49,455 nucleotides of DNA. Origin: Girardia tigrina. Lineage: Eukaryota. Made by a program: the position numbers and the translations under genes. The notes below the pieces were generated by a model that saw nothing but the letters and a program-made list of their open reading frames with translations, was not told the DNA's origin and made no database searches. The DNA is taken from assembly GCA_001938485.1 (NCBI GenBank), contig MQRK01185467.1, positions 1 to 49,455 on the forward strand, read 5' to 3'. Positions 12,107 through 24,589 of this stretch are shown here, in pieces (the first letter of the stretch is position 1; the number at the start of each line of letters is the position of its first letter).

Positions 12107-13518
12107 TGTATCGGCCCGCCTCTGCGACGATCCAGAGGAGAGTTGAGGATTTATTTATTTAATATATTCATGTAAATTTGATTTTAACTTTTTCTGAAAA
12201 TTTTTGATTTCAACTGAAACTTTCGATTTTATCTTTCAGGATTTTTGGTAATTGTACTTTTCAGTAATCCTCACGTTAATTGATTATGAGTTTTGAATTA
12301 TTCTATGATTTGGCTGATATTCGTTATGCGCATGATTTCCTTGGATTTTATTTTCCATATCGATTTTAGTCGGATTTTTTATGCGGAGTTCGATTATTTT
12401 CATTAATCCATTTATTTCTGATTTTTTGGTAATTTTTTTTTAGAATATTTCCGCATCTAATTCATTCCGTTCGATATATTTTCGATCTATAATTTATTGC
12501 CGATTTGATGAATATTTATCATTATTGCGTTTTTGCAGCTTTTTACGTTACTCTAAATCGGTTGGAATCTGTTTCAGTGGCGTCCGCAAAATATAGGACT
12601 CATTGTTCACTTGAATATTTATTATTTTGGATGATTTTCGATTTAATTGATTTTTACGTTTCTTTTCGTATTTTTCTATTTTCGTTGCGTATTTTTTCAT
12701 GTTTTCTATTGCATAATTTTTGTGATAATTTTTACGAATTTTTTCTGCTTTTATCGATCAATTTTCTTTCATATTTGCGTTTTTGATCGCCGGAATAAAA
12801 TAAATTAAAATTTTGTTATTTTTTAATTATTTTCTTCCGAAATCTTGGTCGATTAGTGTTGATTGCGGTGTTTTCGCATCTTGTTGATTTTTCTGTGATT
12901 TTTTCGATTATTTTATGAATTTTTCGTATTTATTTTGTGAGGTTTTCATCGGTACTTCTTTATTTGGCGATGTTCCAATTTATACTATTTTTGTATTTAT
13001 TTGCTATTTTCTCTCGTTTTTCGATGTGATCATTATCTTTTATTATCTGTGGGTATTTTACTAGTATTTTAATGATTTTTCCGACTATTTTATTTGTTTA
13101 TTTCACGTAATCCGTTCATTAATCGTTATTTATTGATTTATTAATTATTATTTTTATTTCAATTTTGCTATTTCTCTGTCAATTCTCAACGGATTTTTGT
13201 AATTTTTATTTTGTTTTGTTCGTAAAATTATTTGGGAATTTTTCATGATTTTTGCGGATTTTTATTTATTCTTTTACATGCGTTATTCTGATTTTATCGA
13301 TTATTTGTCCGTAATTATTTACCTTACTGCCAATGTTTGCACTTTTTATCCCATTTTATATACATTTTAGCACTTCTTGTTGCCGGTTTGTTACAATTCT
13401 TATGTTTTTTTGTGTGATTTCTCCTGTTTTTTATGCTTTACAATATTTCTGATTATTTTGTTTAAATCGATATTCAAATTTTATATGTTTTATATTAAAT
13501 TTTGATTCTTTCGCAACA
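12107..13518 (-). mobile_element. Putative 5' LTR (~1.4 kb, A-rich) of the large insertion, followed by a PBS-like site (12100-12087)
   Basis: Minus strand begins TGTTGCG, is strongly A-skewed, has AATAAA near 12160, a short GC-rich U5 ending GATACA at 12107, then TGGCTCCGTGAGAC 6 nt later. Confidence 0.6.
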
Positions 13519-13760
13519 CTAACAAACCTGATAAATATGAGTTAAAATTTTGGTTGATGTCAAGAATCATTTTTTGCATAAATCAGTTACCATGTCTTGA
13601 TATTGTACAGTGATCTAGGCGTCGAGCCAATTGGATCGTATGTTGTGAAAACATTGACGAAGCTTTTCAAAAGATCAGGATACAGCGTCTCAGCAGATAA
13701 CTTTTTTTCCTCAGAAAAAGTAATCAAGAAGCTTTTATTGCACAAAACTTTGTATCTTTT
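13519..13760 (+). mobile_element. piggyBac transposon A, continuation of transposase
   Basis: (A)NKPDKYELKFWL...PIGSYVVKTLTKLFKRSGYSVSADNFFSSEKVIKKLL, containing the piggyBac KPxKxG and DNFF motifs. Confidence 0.88.
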
Positions 13761-14059
13761 CCACCATTGGCAGAAATTTACGATTGCACCAGTCTGAATT
13801 TTATAAGTCTTGTGACGGTTCCATGACAGTCCGACACAAGACAATTCGACACAAATTTTTTAATTCCATACATTTTTTTAATGGGACAAATATTTTATTT
13901 CGACATTTTTAAATTTCGATTAGTTTTTTTTAATTCAAAACTTTTTTTAATTTGATCAATAACTAAAATGAAATATTTTCATTATTACTACACATTTTTT
14001 GAAACACGACATTTTCAATAACTATATTTTTAGTTAGACTAATGAGTTTTCCTGTATGT

Positions 14060-14178
14060 GATATGAAAAAAATCAATTTTTATGAAAAAATATGTATTTA
14101 ATATGAAAAATATGTATTTAATATAAAAATATGTATTTAATATAAAGATATATATTTTATATAAAAATATGTATTGAA
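14060..14178. repeat. ~20-bp tandem minisatellite (AAAAATATGTATTTAATAT), split by piggyBac B and resuming at 15802-15900
   Basis: Same unit repeated on both sides of the piggyBac, which sits in the unit's TTAA. Confidence 0.8.
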
Positions 14179-15801
14179 CCCTTAAACGACCACTGGGGTC
14201 TACTGGACCCTAAAATGTTTTAAAATATAAATAACTTTAACAATTCAAATCCAATTGAATCTAAACTATGATACATTTCTTACATAATATTGATGTAAAG
14301 TTTACCAAACACATCAAGTTTACCCACATTATACCATGTGGGGTCTGTGAGACCCCAAATGAATAATTAGCAAAATGAAATATTAAAAGTATTGCTAACG
14401 TTTTTAGTTTTTTAGGAAGAGGGTTTTTAAAAAATTGTCACAAATTATACCATGTGGGGTCTGTGAGACCCCAAATGAATAATTAGCAAAATGAAATATT
14501 AAAAGTATTGCAATGCATTTTGATCAGTAATAATAGCAAGATTATACATCAGTTACTCAATTGGTATATAAAGGCTCATAAATGTCATGCAAATACTTTT
14601 AACCAGTTATATGTGAATATATTAGGTTATATAAGCGCACATGTTTATTGTCTTGTTTGCTGGTGCATTTATATATGTCTACGTACGGCCAGTCAGTTAT
14701 ACTCGAATTGTATGTACGTCTCTACAACTGCATAAATTAGCATTTTCATTGTTTTCAAATCGTTTTATAAATTTTAAATTTTTTGAATAAGAAACGTCCA
14801 ACTAGAATAGCTGCAATTGAGGCGAATAGACACATAGAAATTGGTGATGATATTTTCGAAGGTTTTATTTTGAGTTATCTTTTATAACATATAATTATTT
14901 TTTACTTGACGAAGAAAACGAAGAAGATTTTTCAGAATATGATGAAGTTATTTCCAATCCAAGAGAGCAAGAAAGTAATGACGATGAATTAGAAGTGGTA
15001 AATAATGATGAGCAAGGCGTTATGGTATCTCGAAATGGCATTGAAATATTGGAACGTCGTTATATTTTTAATGCTGAAAGACAGCATAGACAACACGATA
15101 TCTTACGTGAGGAGGCAGGGCCCACACGACAAGCACTACAAAATGGTTGTGGTGACAGCCCATCGAGAGCGTTCAAAGTATTCTGTGGTTTAGATATAGT
15201 GGCCATTATCGTTCAAAACACCAACACAAAAGGCCGACTACACAACGCTAATTGGGTTTTAACAAATTCTGATGAGTTGTATCGATTTTTCTGTCTCCTC
15301 CTGCTTGCCGGAGTTTATAGAGCGAAAAGCGAAGCAATCACTCAGCTTTGAAATGAACAACATGGTAGATCAATATTCTATAAAACGATGTCCCGCAATC
15401 GTTTTTGTGAATTGAGACGGTATTTACGCTTTGATGACAGGGGCACACGTGAAGAACGTCGACGAAATGACAAATTGTTACCAATTCGAAATGTCATTGA
15501 CATTTTTGCAACAAAGTACCGATCAAGTTATAAGCCCGGAGCAGTTGTTGATGAGCAATTGGTGACGTTTCGTGGACGTTGCCCATTCAAATGTTTATTC
15601 CAAGTAAGCCGGGTAAATATGGTATGAAATTGTGGGATGCAACGGATGCAGGGAATTCCTATTGTGTCAACCTTGAAGTTTACACTGGTCGACGTGATAG
15701 TGAACAATAAATAGTGAAAAATAAAGGTGAACTGCCTATGCAAATGTTACCCACGCTACAACGACAGGTTGGTACTCAACGTGTACTTGGTCGTTTAAGG
15801 G
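14179..15801 (+). mobile_element. piggyBac transposon B, internally deleted, transposase pseudogene ~14930-15710
   Basis: Perfect 14-bp TIRs CCCTTAAACGACCA / TGGTCGTTTAAGGG, flanks TGAA and TTAA. Protein ELYRFFCLLLLAGVY...L*NEQHGR..MSRNRF..LRRYLRFDD...VDEQLVTFRGRCPF / IPSKPGKYGMKLW. Contains a ~67-bp internal direct duplication (14329 and 14445). Confidence 0.95.
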
Positions 15802-18482
15802 TTAATATAAAAATATGTATATAATATGAAAAATATGTATTTAATAAAAAATATTTATTCGATATAAAAATATGTATTTAATATAAAAATATCAATTTAA
15901 TATGAACTAATGTTTTAAAAATTCCTTCGTTTACAATTCAGCGTGCCATATTATTTTGAACATAGATTTCAATTTTTATATATTTTATATATAATTGGAT
16001 AATGATATAATAATAATTGGATAGTGATATCTTAATCAAAAAAAAATATTTGCCAATTTCACATCGAAATGTACATAAATATTCAACATGGTATGAAGTT
16101 CTTGTCAATATTTATAAATTGTCGAGGAATATCATACTGAAACTGAATTAAATTCAAAATATTTTTTCACAAAATTTTCGTTATTTGTCTAAAATGCAGA
16201 ATAGGACATAATCAATGATAATATGAAATTATGTTTAAAATTAATTCCCCGAACTAACGAAAAGGCCAACGGTAACCAATGAAGAATCACTGAAATAAAC
16301 ATTTGGAATAATATATAGTCAGACCTCTCGTATCCGTCAGGGTGGGTTTTTTCGACAGTGTGACGGATTTGACAGCTCGTTTTCAATGGCGATTTGAAGC
16401 TCTGTTAAATGAAAATCGCGACGCATACGATACGTCTGACTGCATTAATCAACATTTCTTGTATTCAGCATTGCACTGTGCACTCATATTTTTATAAATA
16501 ATTATCGTGTATTTCGCTCGGGTTACTAACCACATGTTACTTATTATTAAATTTGATTTTCAAGTTTGTCAGAGCTGGGTGTCTGTAACCTGTGAGTGTT
16601 TTATATACGCGAAAAACACATTAAATAGAATTTGAAATTTCATCTAAAATTTTTATATAATCGATTTTCTTCCCCATCAAATTTTACTAAATTTTCCAAA
16701 CGAACGTGCAATTATTTACATAATACCAAAACTAAAATTAAAAAACGAACGGTTCTCTTGATGTAAATAAAAAATAGCTGAATCGATTATTATTATATAA
16801 TCAATAATTATCTGTTTTAAAACAATAAAGATAATAAATAATCAATACTGGTAACGGAAAATAATATAATCAATATATCGTCATTAAATCGATATTAACA
16901 GATCGGGTGGTAATGGGATTCTTCAGTGACTTTACTACGCGTCACCATTAATCAATTAATCAATCAACCAATACAGTCAGTGCCACACACACACACAATC
17001 TATACAGTCATATATCAATGTGATATTATTGATCTCTTCCTCTTCGGCAATCCTCAAATCGCGAGTGAACTCCCAGACACCGCCAATAATCGATACATCG
17101 TCCTTCATGTCACTCCCCCAATGTTACCCAAAGTGTAACCCACAACAAATAAAAAAACGGTGTAAACGAATATCAAAAAATATGAAAAGAACAATCGTAA
17201 AAAGAACTGGTTTTTTATTGACTCTATTTTACTAAGTTAATAGAAATCATTCAATTTGATAGCTGGTTTATATCATAATCATTAGAACTCGTATGCGCAC
17301 ACTCCGCTCTCTTTCAAATATAGTAATTAAACAATGATTAATATATTAATATTATTAGTATTTATTATTATTTATTTTGCTAGTGGTTCACAGAGTGGCT
17401 AGTCTGTTGCCTGGAAAATAGCTGAGGATCATTACCGCTGACGTTTGAAGGTGCGCACTGTACACTCTGAACCCGCATTGATGACATCATATTGAAATTG
17501 CCTTCTGGGAAATTGCCTGGAAATTATCTTTCTTAATATTTTCATTTTGTTTCAAAAATTACAAATAAAATAATCAAGACGCCATTTCAATTGAAAAATT
17601 GTGAATATAATTTCGAAGGTATTTATCCATTTTAAAACATTTTTAGATTGTATCTTTTGGATTGATAAATTTGATAATAAATTAGTTTTTTTTATCTTTT
17701 GGTCCATTATATTAAATTTATCCTTCAAAAATTATATACAGATAATCAAAAATAAAATATGAATATTTTGTAATACACAAATCTCAGGATTCAGTCCACT
17801 ACAGCTAATTCGAATACGGAAACATTCCCCTAGTTTTCTGCAGTTAATTATTTTTTTTATTATAGTGAATTATTAAATTATTTTTTCATCAAAAACACAA
17901 ATATTTTTAAAAATTATAAATTGACTGTGATGAATTTTAAATTTGGTATGTTGAAATTGGTTTGTTGAATTTTGTATGTTGAGTTTAGTATTTGGAAATG
18001 TGTTTCTCCCACCCAGATGGAAAATTGATATTTTAGATGTTCACGATAAATAATTATTCGAGTATAATTTGCATTTTAAAGTACAGCATAAGATGTTTAA
18101 AATACTTTAAAAATATTAAATCTTTTCAAATTAAATAAATGTTCTTTACATAAAATTACAAAATTTGAACTTTAAAAAGAAAATCTGAAAATAATTTAAA
18201 AAAAGGTTCGAATAATTGTTTATTAAAAACATTAACTAAAATTCAAAGAACGATGTCGAATTACGAAAGCTTTGCTGAAAATTGTCCAAAAGACAATTCT
18301 AATTGTTTTGAAAATAAAAGTTCGAAAAGCCATGTGGTGTTCTTAATATTGACAATATTCCAAAAGTTAATTATTTAATTACTTTAAAAATTAATTTTTG
18401 ATTCTTTAGGAGTTTACTGTTGATTTATAAATTAAAACATGTTAAACAATAAGTTAACATAATTTTTTTGTTTTATACTTAA

Positions 18483-19112
18483 CCCCTTACCGCATAATGG
18501 ATCATATAGGATCCAAAATAATTTGGTAAAATGCCTCGACAAATGCACTAAAAGAAGATTGCGTATATGTTTTTGACATTTTTTATTATTAATTCGTTAA
18601 TGCTAAAAATAAATTTAACAAATATTTTTGAAAATAGTTCAGTGGCATAATGCATTACAGTCGCCTGTTGCTTGTCATCATCTTACAAATGACACTTTGG
18701 TCTATTATTTCCGTCGTGAACATGACTTGACAGAGCAAATTATAAGTCGTATATTTAGTGGAATTTAGATTGTATCTTTTGAATTGATAAATTGATAATA
18801 AATTAGTTTTTTTTATCTTTTGGTCCATTATTTTAAATTTATACTTCAAAAATAATATTTAGCATTAACGAATTAATAATAATAAATGTCAAAATGCAAT
18901 CCCCTTTTAGTGCTTTTGTCGGGTCACCAATAATTTTTCATAATTTTATTACCCTAACGGCATAACGTGCCATATAGAGAAAAATGTGTTTTTTGGATTT
19001 TCTACATGAACAAAAGCATTTATTTAAAAATAAAAAATACATATCTCTTTATTTCTATTTTCCTACATTATATATTTTTTATTAAAATAGAAAAAATACA
19101 TGCAGTAAAGGG
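18483..19112. mobile_element. piggyBac-type non-autonomous element with an internal inverted repeat
   Basis: TTAA|CCCCTTACCGCAT ... ATGCAGTAAAGGG|TCAA; internal IR ~18535-18612 versus ~18855-18923. Confidence 0.8.
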
Positions 19113-19659
19113 TCAATAACAAAAATAATTCAATTATGATTAAACTTGTAAATAAATCAGAGTGATAATAAGATTTAAATAAAAACAAACTATATTTTTC
19201 AAAAAATATATAAATTCTTTTTAAATATTTGTCCCATTTATTCTATATAAAATATACCTTATATAATATTATAAATTTTGTCTTTAAAAAAATTGTCCCA
19301 TTTATTTTTGTTGCCATGTCCCGTTTATTTTTTTAATGGAATTTTGTTCCGAGAGAACCTACTGTAATATAATTATCGCTGTCTAAACCGAAAACCGAAC
19401 GACTTTATGAGAACGGGTACGATAGAAACCTTGTACTTTTATTCGTCTTTTTCGAACATAATAGCGTAAAATATTTTGAATACTTTAAGTCAATTTCTTT
19501 AAATACCTTAAGTACTTTTCAAGTCAAGAAAGTCAATTTTTATTTCTAATAAACATGCATAAAATAAAAATTAAGGTGCTAAACATGGTTTTTTATTATG
19601 GCAGCAACTTTTAATAGGACTTTAAGGTCAATTTTCTCTTTTTACATCAATTCGAACAG

Positions 19660-19754
19660 TTATTCGAATAACTCGATTTCCGACTAAACCGAAAATCGGC
19701 TAATCCGAACGTTTTTTGTACATTTTTGGTGTTTGGATTAACCGACGTACACTG
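19660..19754. mobile_element. Tigger/pogo-like MITE end
   Basis: Minus strand CAGTGTACGTCGGTTAATCCAAAC plus repeated taatccgaac/taaaccgaa subterminal motifs; partner TIR not clear. Confidence 0.4.
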
Positions 19755-22134
19755 TTTTAGAATTAAAATAAATGCTTCATCGAGTAAAGCTCCGATTAAT
19801 TATTAAACTGGATGCACTGCTTAGTTATGTTTCTGTTATTCTTGATAAGCTTGCGATGAATGTCGTCGATATTAATTGTCAATAAAAATAATAAAAGGAT
19901 GGATAAAAACGTCTAACAAATGTTTCAAATGAATATTAAAAGTGAATTATGACAAATTTCTGAAGTGTCTTGTGAACCGGCATACCTATGACAACGTCAA
20001 TCATAAGATACTTAGATGAATTGAGCTTCTTCAGTGGATAGAAATAAGGAATATTATGCAGTGATATTCTTTTCTATAAAAAATTATGTCAATTGGCTCA
20101 ACTTAGATTTATCATGAATCAAATTATCTTGATTAATTATTATTTCATTTAATATTGCTTTTTATTTTTAAGAAATCATTTCCTTAATTTTAATGTTCCA
20201 AGTATTTTCCAAACAACGTTTATTCAAGGAAAACATGCTTTTTTAGATTTATTCATATTAATAATGTATAAATTTTAATTTAAGTAAGCCAAAATCTTAT
20301 GCTAAATTCTTCAGAGATTATCTGATTAATTTTTTATTAAAAATTGAAACTAATTAATCATCTATTTCATGTTTCATCATCGCATTATTTGTAGTAAATT
20401 GAAACATATTTGTAAATCATGACATTACTATTCCTGATATCATTAGTAATTATTCGAAAATTATTAAATACAATTATCTCTAATGTAGAATTAATACATT
20501 AAGCTGCAAAAAAGTTTAAGATCATTAAGAAATTAATACAATTTTTTGTATAAGCTTGGTTGTTGATGAGGGATATTGGTGACGCTTGAACGATGTTATT
20601 GTGATAACTATGTTTACTAAGATTAGTATAATATTGGATTAGTATAATAACTAGTTTAAAAGAATCCATTATTGTTTATCTTATATTTATAAATTAATAG
20701 TTGTTTAGTTTTCATATTTCACCCAAAACGTGAGTGCAATAACTAGGGAAGAATTTCAAAAGACTGTTACAGTAGCATAAAACATTTATGGACTTTCTTT
20801 TTATAAATATGAGTCATTTACATTCACATACATCCCATGACTGGATCAATTCATTTAATGCATTTTTGAAGAAATCCAATGACCGATTACGCTGGTTACA
20901 TGATGAGGTTACATCAAGCACTACTTGCATCATATTTAAAAATCATGGAAATGTGAAAAACTGTAATGATAATCTAAAACACCATATAAATTTAAGTTAT
21001 ATTTATATGGCTATAAAAAAATTTTATTGACAAAATATTATTTCTTTCCTATATTGCACAGACTTTTTAGTCGCACCACATATTGATAACATAATTTTGA
21101 TGAAAATATTTCGATATTTCAGAATGGTACTTCATATTCTCTAATCTCTCATTACTTAATTCTTTTTGATAAAATACAATATCATTTTAATATACCATGT
21201 TGTATTAACAAAGATTGCCGTAATATAATATTTTATTAGTCGTTCATATAATCCTATACCAATAATCAAATAAAAATTTTAAGAATAAGTATTAAAAACA
21301 ACCTTAAAATATTTTTTAGAAATTTCAGTCTTTAAAGAAATTTAAATTTTAAAAAACAGATATTGTCCTTTTAAAAACACCTGAAAATTCCTAGACTTTT
21401 CTGTCATTTCTTTTTCTTTTTTTTTAAATTTGATTAGAGAATTTTTTAATTAAAACAAGAAATAATCGATTATTTACTTATATAGTTTTTTCTTTGAAAA
21501 TACTCATGACCAGTTCTTAAAAAAATAATCAGTGTAAGAAAACTAAATTGATTCTAAAATACTTTATAGCAGTAACATTGCAACATAAGCAATAATTATT
21601 GGAAATGCGACACAAAACTTTAGCGTTTACTTCATCAAATGTATTTGAAAAATTACGTTTGGTCAAATTGTTTAATATTCTTTAAGATAAATATAAAACA
21701 AAATAATTCATAGCCGTCACTAATCTCTGATAGTCATTATTTTTAGCTATAAAATATATAATCGATCGGATCAAGGAATCATTTTTTTACTAAACGTAAT
21801 TTATTTTGTGTAAACTTTACGATTTTAAACCAAACTTTAATCATTCAAAATCATGGATAAATTAACCAAGAGTGTCACAAAACAACAATTTGAGAGAAGT
21901 GTTAAAAATGAGACCATTAGACATATATTTAGTAATAAAAGTTTTTGACTTAGTTGTATTTGGACAAGTGAAAATAAAAAGTTAAACGAAATTAAAATTA
22001 AAAAATGAAATCAGGAAAGGATTACCGAAACAAAATGGGAAACTAATATATAAAAAACATGGATAAGTTTTTATAATCATAATTAATAACGTCATTGATA
22101 GAATTACATTGCATTTTAAATGCAATATATTTCA

Positions 22135-22387
22135 AAAACCGCAATGATAAAGCTTAGTACAGTTTTTAAGATCAAAGAAATCGACCTCAAGAACAGAATA
22201 AAGATCACTATTACTGTCTGGACAACACTTCTCTATGGATGCGAAAGTTGGCAATAAGTAAGAAAAGCATGAATAAACTTGAAATGAAGGGCTACAGGAG
22301 AATGCTGAAAATAACGTGGAAAGAAAAGTCTTTTTCTGGAAGAGTTACAGAATCACTAGGTAAAATACTGGAATCAATAGAAGAGAT
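22135..22387 (+). mobile_element. RTE-clade LINE fragment, decayed
   Basis: KLSTVFKIKEIDLKNRIKIT..TLLYGCESW...EMKGYRRMLKITWKEK; clearly homologous to 41526-42025. Confidence 0.85.
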
Positions 22388-22640
22388 AAAAATACAGCTT
22401 TTTTAAAAATTATTTTCAAATACAGCCTTCCATCCATAGCCAGACATTTAAAGGTTATCGATGTTAATAGTATACGTACCTTTTTTCAAAATACAGCCTA
22501 TTTTATTTATTTTTAAAAAAATAGTAAAAACAATAAAACATATAAAAAAATCAAAAAAATATAATAAATCGAAAATAAAAAAGACAATTAAGCTCCAACA
22601 GTAAAAAAAAGGTTGAATATTAAAAAAGGCTGTATTTTTA
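22387..22640. mobile_element. Small MITE-like element with ~20-bp inverted ends, truncating the RTE fragment
   Basis: TAAAAATACAGCTTTTTTAA ... TTAAAAAAGGCTGTATTTTTA, with internal AAATACAGCC repeats. Confidence 0.5.
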
Positions 22641-23573
22641 GCTCTAACAGGAAGCTGAAATTCTACGCACATCAGATAAGAAAACATATAAGGAACTACC
22701 TATAGAGTTTTTGATCATATTTCCAAAAAGCACAAATTTCACATTTTCCAGTGGAATTAGTTTTAAAAAATAACACGTAATTTATTATTTACTTATAGAT
22801 TTTTTTATTCCGATAATTAACAACAAATTTTTAGTATTCGATTTCTAAAATATTTTTAACAATGTATTGATTTCACATGAAAAAATTTTATCACTACATA
22901 TCAATAAATATTTAACTTTTTTAGAATAAAAAAATGTCTGGAATATTTTTATTAAAAAACTAAAATAGAAAATGTAATGTCTGATCAATAAGAGTTTACT
23001 TTTTTATGGTAATGCAAACTATTTTTTTAGTTAAAAAGAAAAACTTTGAATTATTTTAAGATTTACTACTAATTTGGAAACACTCTTTGTTTCTAAGTAG
23101 TTTAGCCAATTCGTCAATGAAGAAACTAATCAATTTCTACGACAAAAAAGAGAAAAAAAAGAAATGACTGTGCAACCAATTTTAATAAATATGTAATATA
23201 CATATTTTGATATATTAAGAACACTTTTGTGTGAAGGATAATTATTTGTGGAACGTTATCTCAGAATTAACTACAAGATAGGAAAAGGTATTGAAGAAAA
23301 TTGACAATATGTTGTTAAGTAAAATGTCAGATTCCCATGAAAAATTAGGATATATATTTATATATATATAACACAATATAAATTAATTCTTTCAATTAAG
23401 AATTGTGAGTTATATGATTATGTTTATTTATAAAATTCAATGATGAATTTTTATTCCATTTTTTACAAAACGAAATAAGATCTGTCGTGATTAAACATTT
23501 TCTCTAAAATGTACTTTCAAAACGACAATTTATAATTGAAAGTATATACATATATTATAGATGTCTTTATATA

Positions 23574-23787
23574 TTAGGTCTACCGGAAAGTTCTGTACGT
23601 TTCTATCACCAAAAGTTCCGACACGTCAGTTATATTTTAAGAAAATTGGATAAAAAATTGCCTTCACACTGGCTATAAGTCATCAATTATGATGACAATT
23701 ATATTATTTAATAAAGTTTATTGATGGTAAGAACAATTTGTATTTTGTTTTATTCCAAAAACGGATAGAACTTTCCGGTAGACATTA
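23574..23787. mobile_element. Mariner-derived MITE (214 bp)
   Basis: TA|TTAGGTCTACCGGAAAGTTCTGTACGTTT ... AAACGGATAGAACTTTCCGGTAGACATTA|TA. Confidence 0.88.
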
Positions 23788-23892
23788 TATCAATAATAAA
23801 ATTCTATACTTGGAATATAGACAATTTTAAATTTTCAGTTGATCTTCAACACAAATAAGAAAATAAATCGACTGAAAATTTCGTTTGGTATA

Positions 23893-24322
23893 CCATGTTT
23901 CCCCGAAAGTAAGACAGTGTCTTACTTTCTTTTTATCCCTAAAAGTCCCACTATGTCTTACTTTCGGGGTATGTCTTATATTGGGAAAAAATTGTCGAAT
24001 TTTTTGTTTTAACCATAAAATTAACATTTATTAACAACCTGAATAGTATTGTATTCACCACAAAACAGGTTAATAAAAGGAAGTGCCAAGAATGTCTTGT
24101 TACAACATTACATAACATGTAAAACAATGGCACCCCCCATGGTGCGGCCCGCACCCCCAGCCCCACTCTTTGTACCGCACGTCACTGGAGGCAAATACCC
24201 CCGTGTTTCCCCGAAAGTAAGACATATGTCTTACTTTCGGGGTATGGCTTATATTAGCTGACCCTTCTGAAACTCCCGATACGTCTTACAATCGGGGGTG
24301 TCTTACTATCAGGGAAACACGG
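23893..24322. mobile_element. Tc2/pogo-type MITE (430 bp) with palindromic subterminal repeats
   Basis: TA|CCATGTTTCCCCGAAAGTAAGAC ... GTCTTACTATCAGGGAAACACGG|TA; internal CCCCGAAAGTAAGACATATGTCTTACTTTCGGGG palindrome. Confidence 0.85.
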
Positions 24323-24589
24323 TATTATTATCGTCAACTTTTAGATACGTTGAACTTCTTTAAATTTTGTGTTAGTTTAAATTTATTGTGTTCGCTTCCG
24401 AAATAACAAGTTTTAAAAAGTAACAAAAATTTATCTTTCACAATAGTTAAACAGTTTAAGTAATCCCACTATACAGATTTGGCGCTCAAAATATGTGAAA
24501 TGTGCGGTATTAGAATTTGATCATCGAATATGACCATCAGCTGTTACTTTAGAATTATTAGGCAAGGATATATGGTGTAGTCCAGGAAA

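Larger units (their letters stand above)
4650..13518 (-). mobile_element. 8.87-kb LTR-retroelement-type insertion (TG...CA, CTAA duplication) lacking recognisable gag/pol and carrying small decayed ORFs
   Basis: CTAA at 4646-4649 and 13519-13522; ends TGTTG / CAACA. Removing the insertion restores piggyBac FMAN-KPDKYELKFWL in frame. Confidence 0.85.

Noticed and set aside
12505-12786. F/L/I-rich 93-aa ORF
   Set aside because: By-product of the strong T skew in the LTR-like region.
16300-17320. GC-richer patches, short ORFs and an 8-bp stem (ATCCGTCA/TGACGGAT)
   Set aside because: No consistent exon chain, TIR pair or recognisable protein; probably old repeat debris.
13816-19358. Possible paired MULE-like termini (GGTTCC... 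at 13817 and ...GAACC at 19358) enclosing 5.5 kb
   Set aside because: Only patchy similarity (aatgggacaa motifs) and no matching TSD.
20720-21030. 80-aa plus ORF; minus frame VVLDVTSSCN resembling hAT LDVxTRWN
   Set aside because: Too degenerate to call; likely a transposase relic rather than a host gene.
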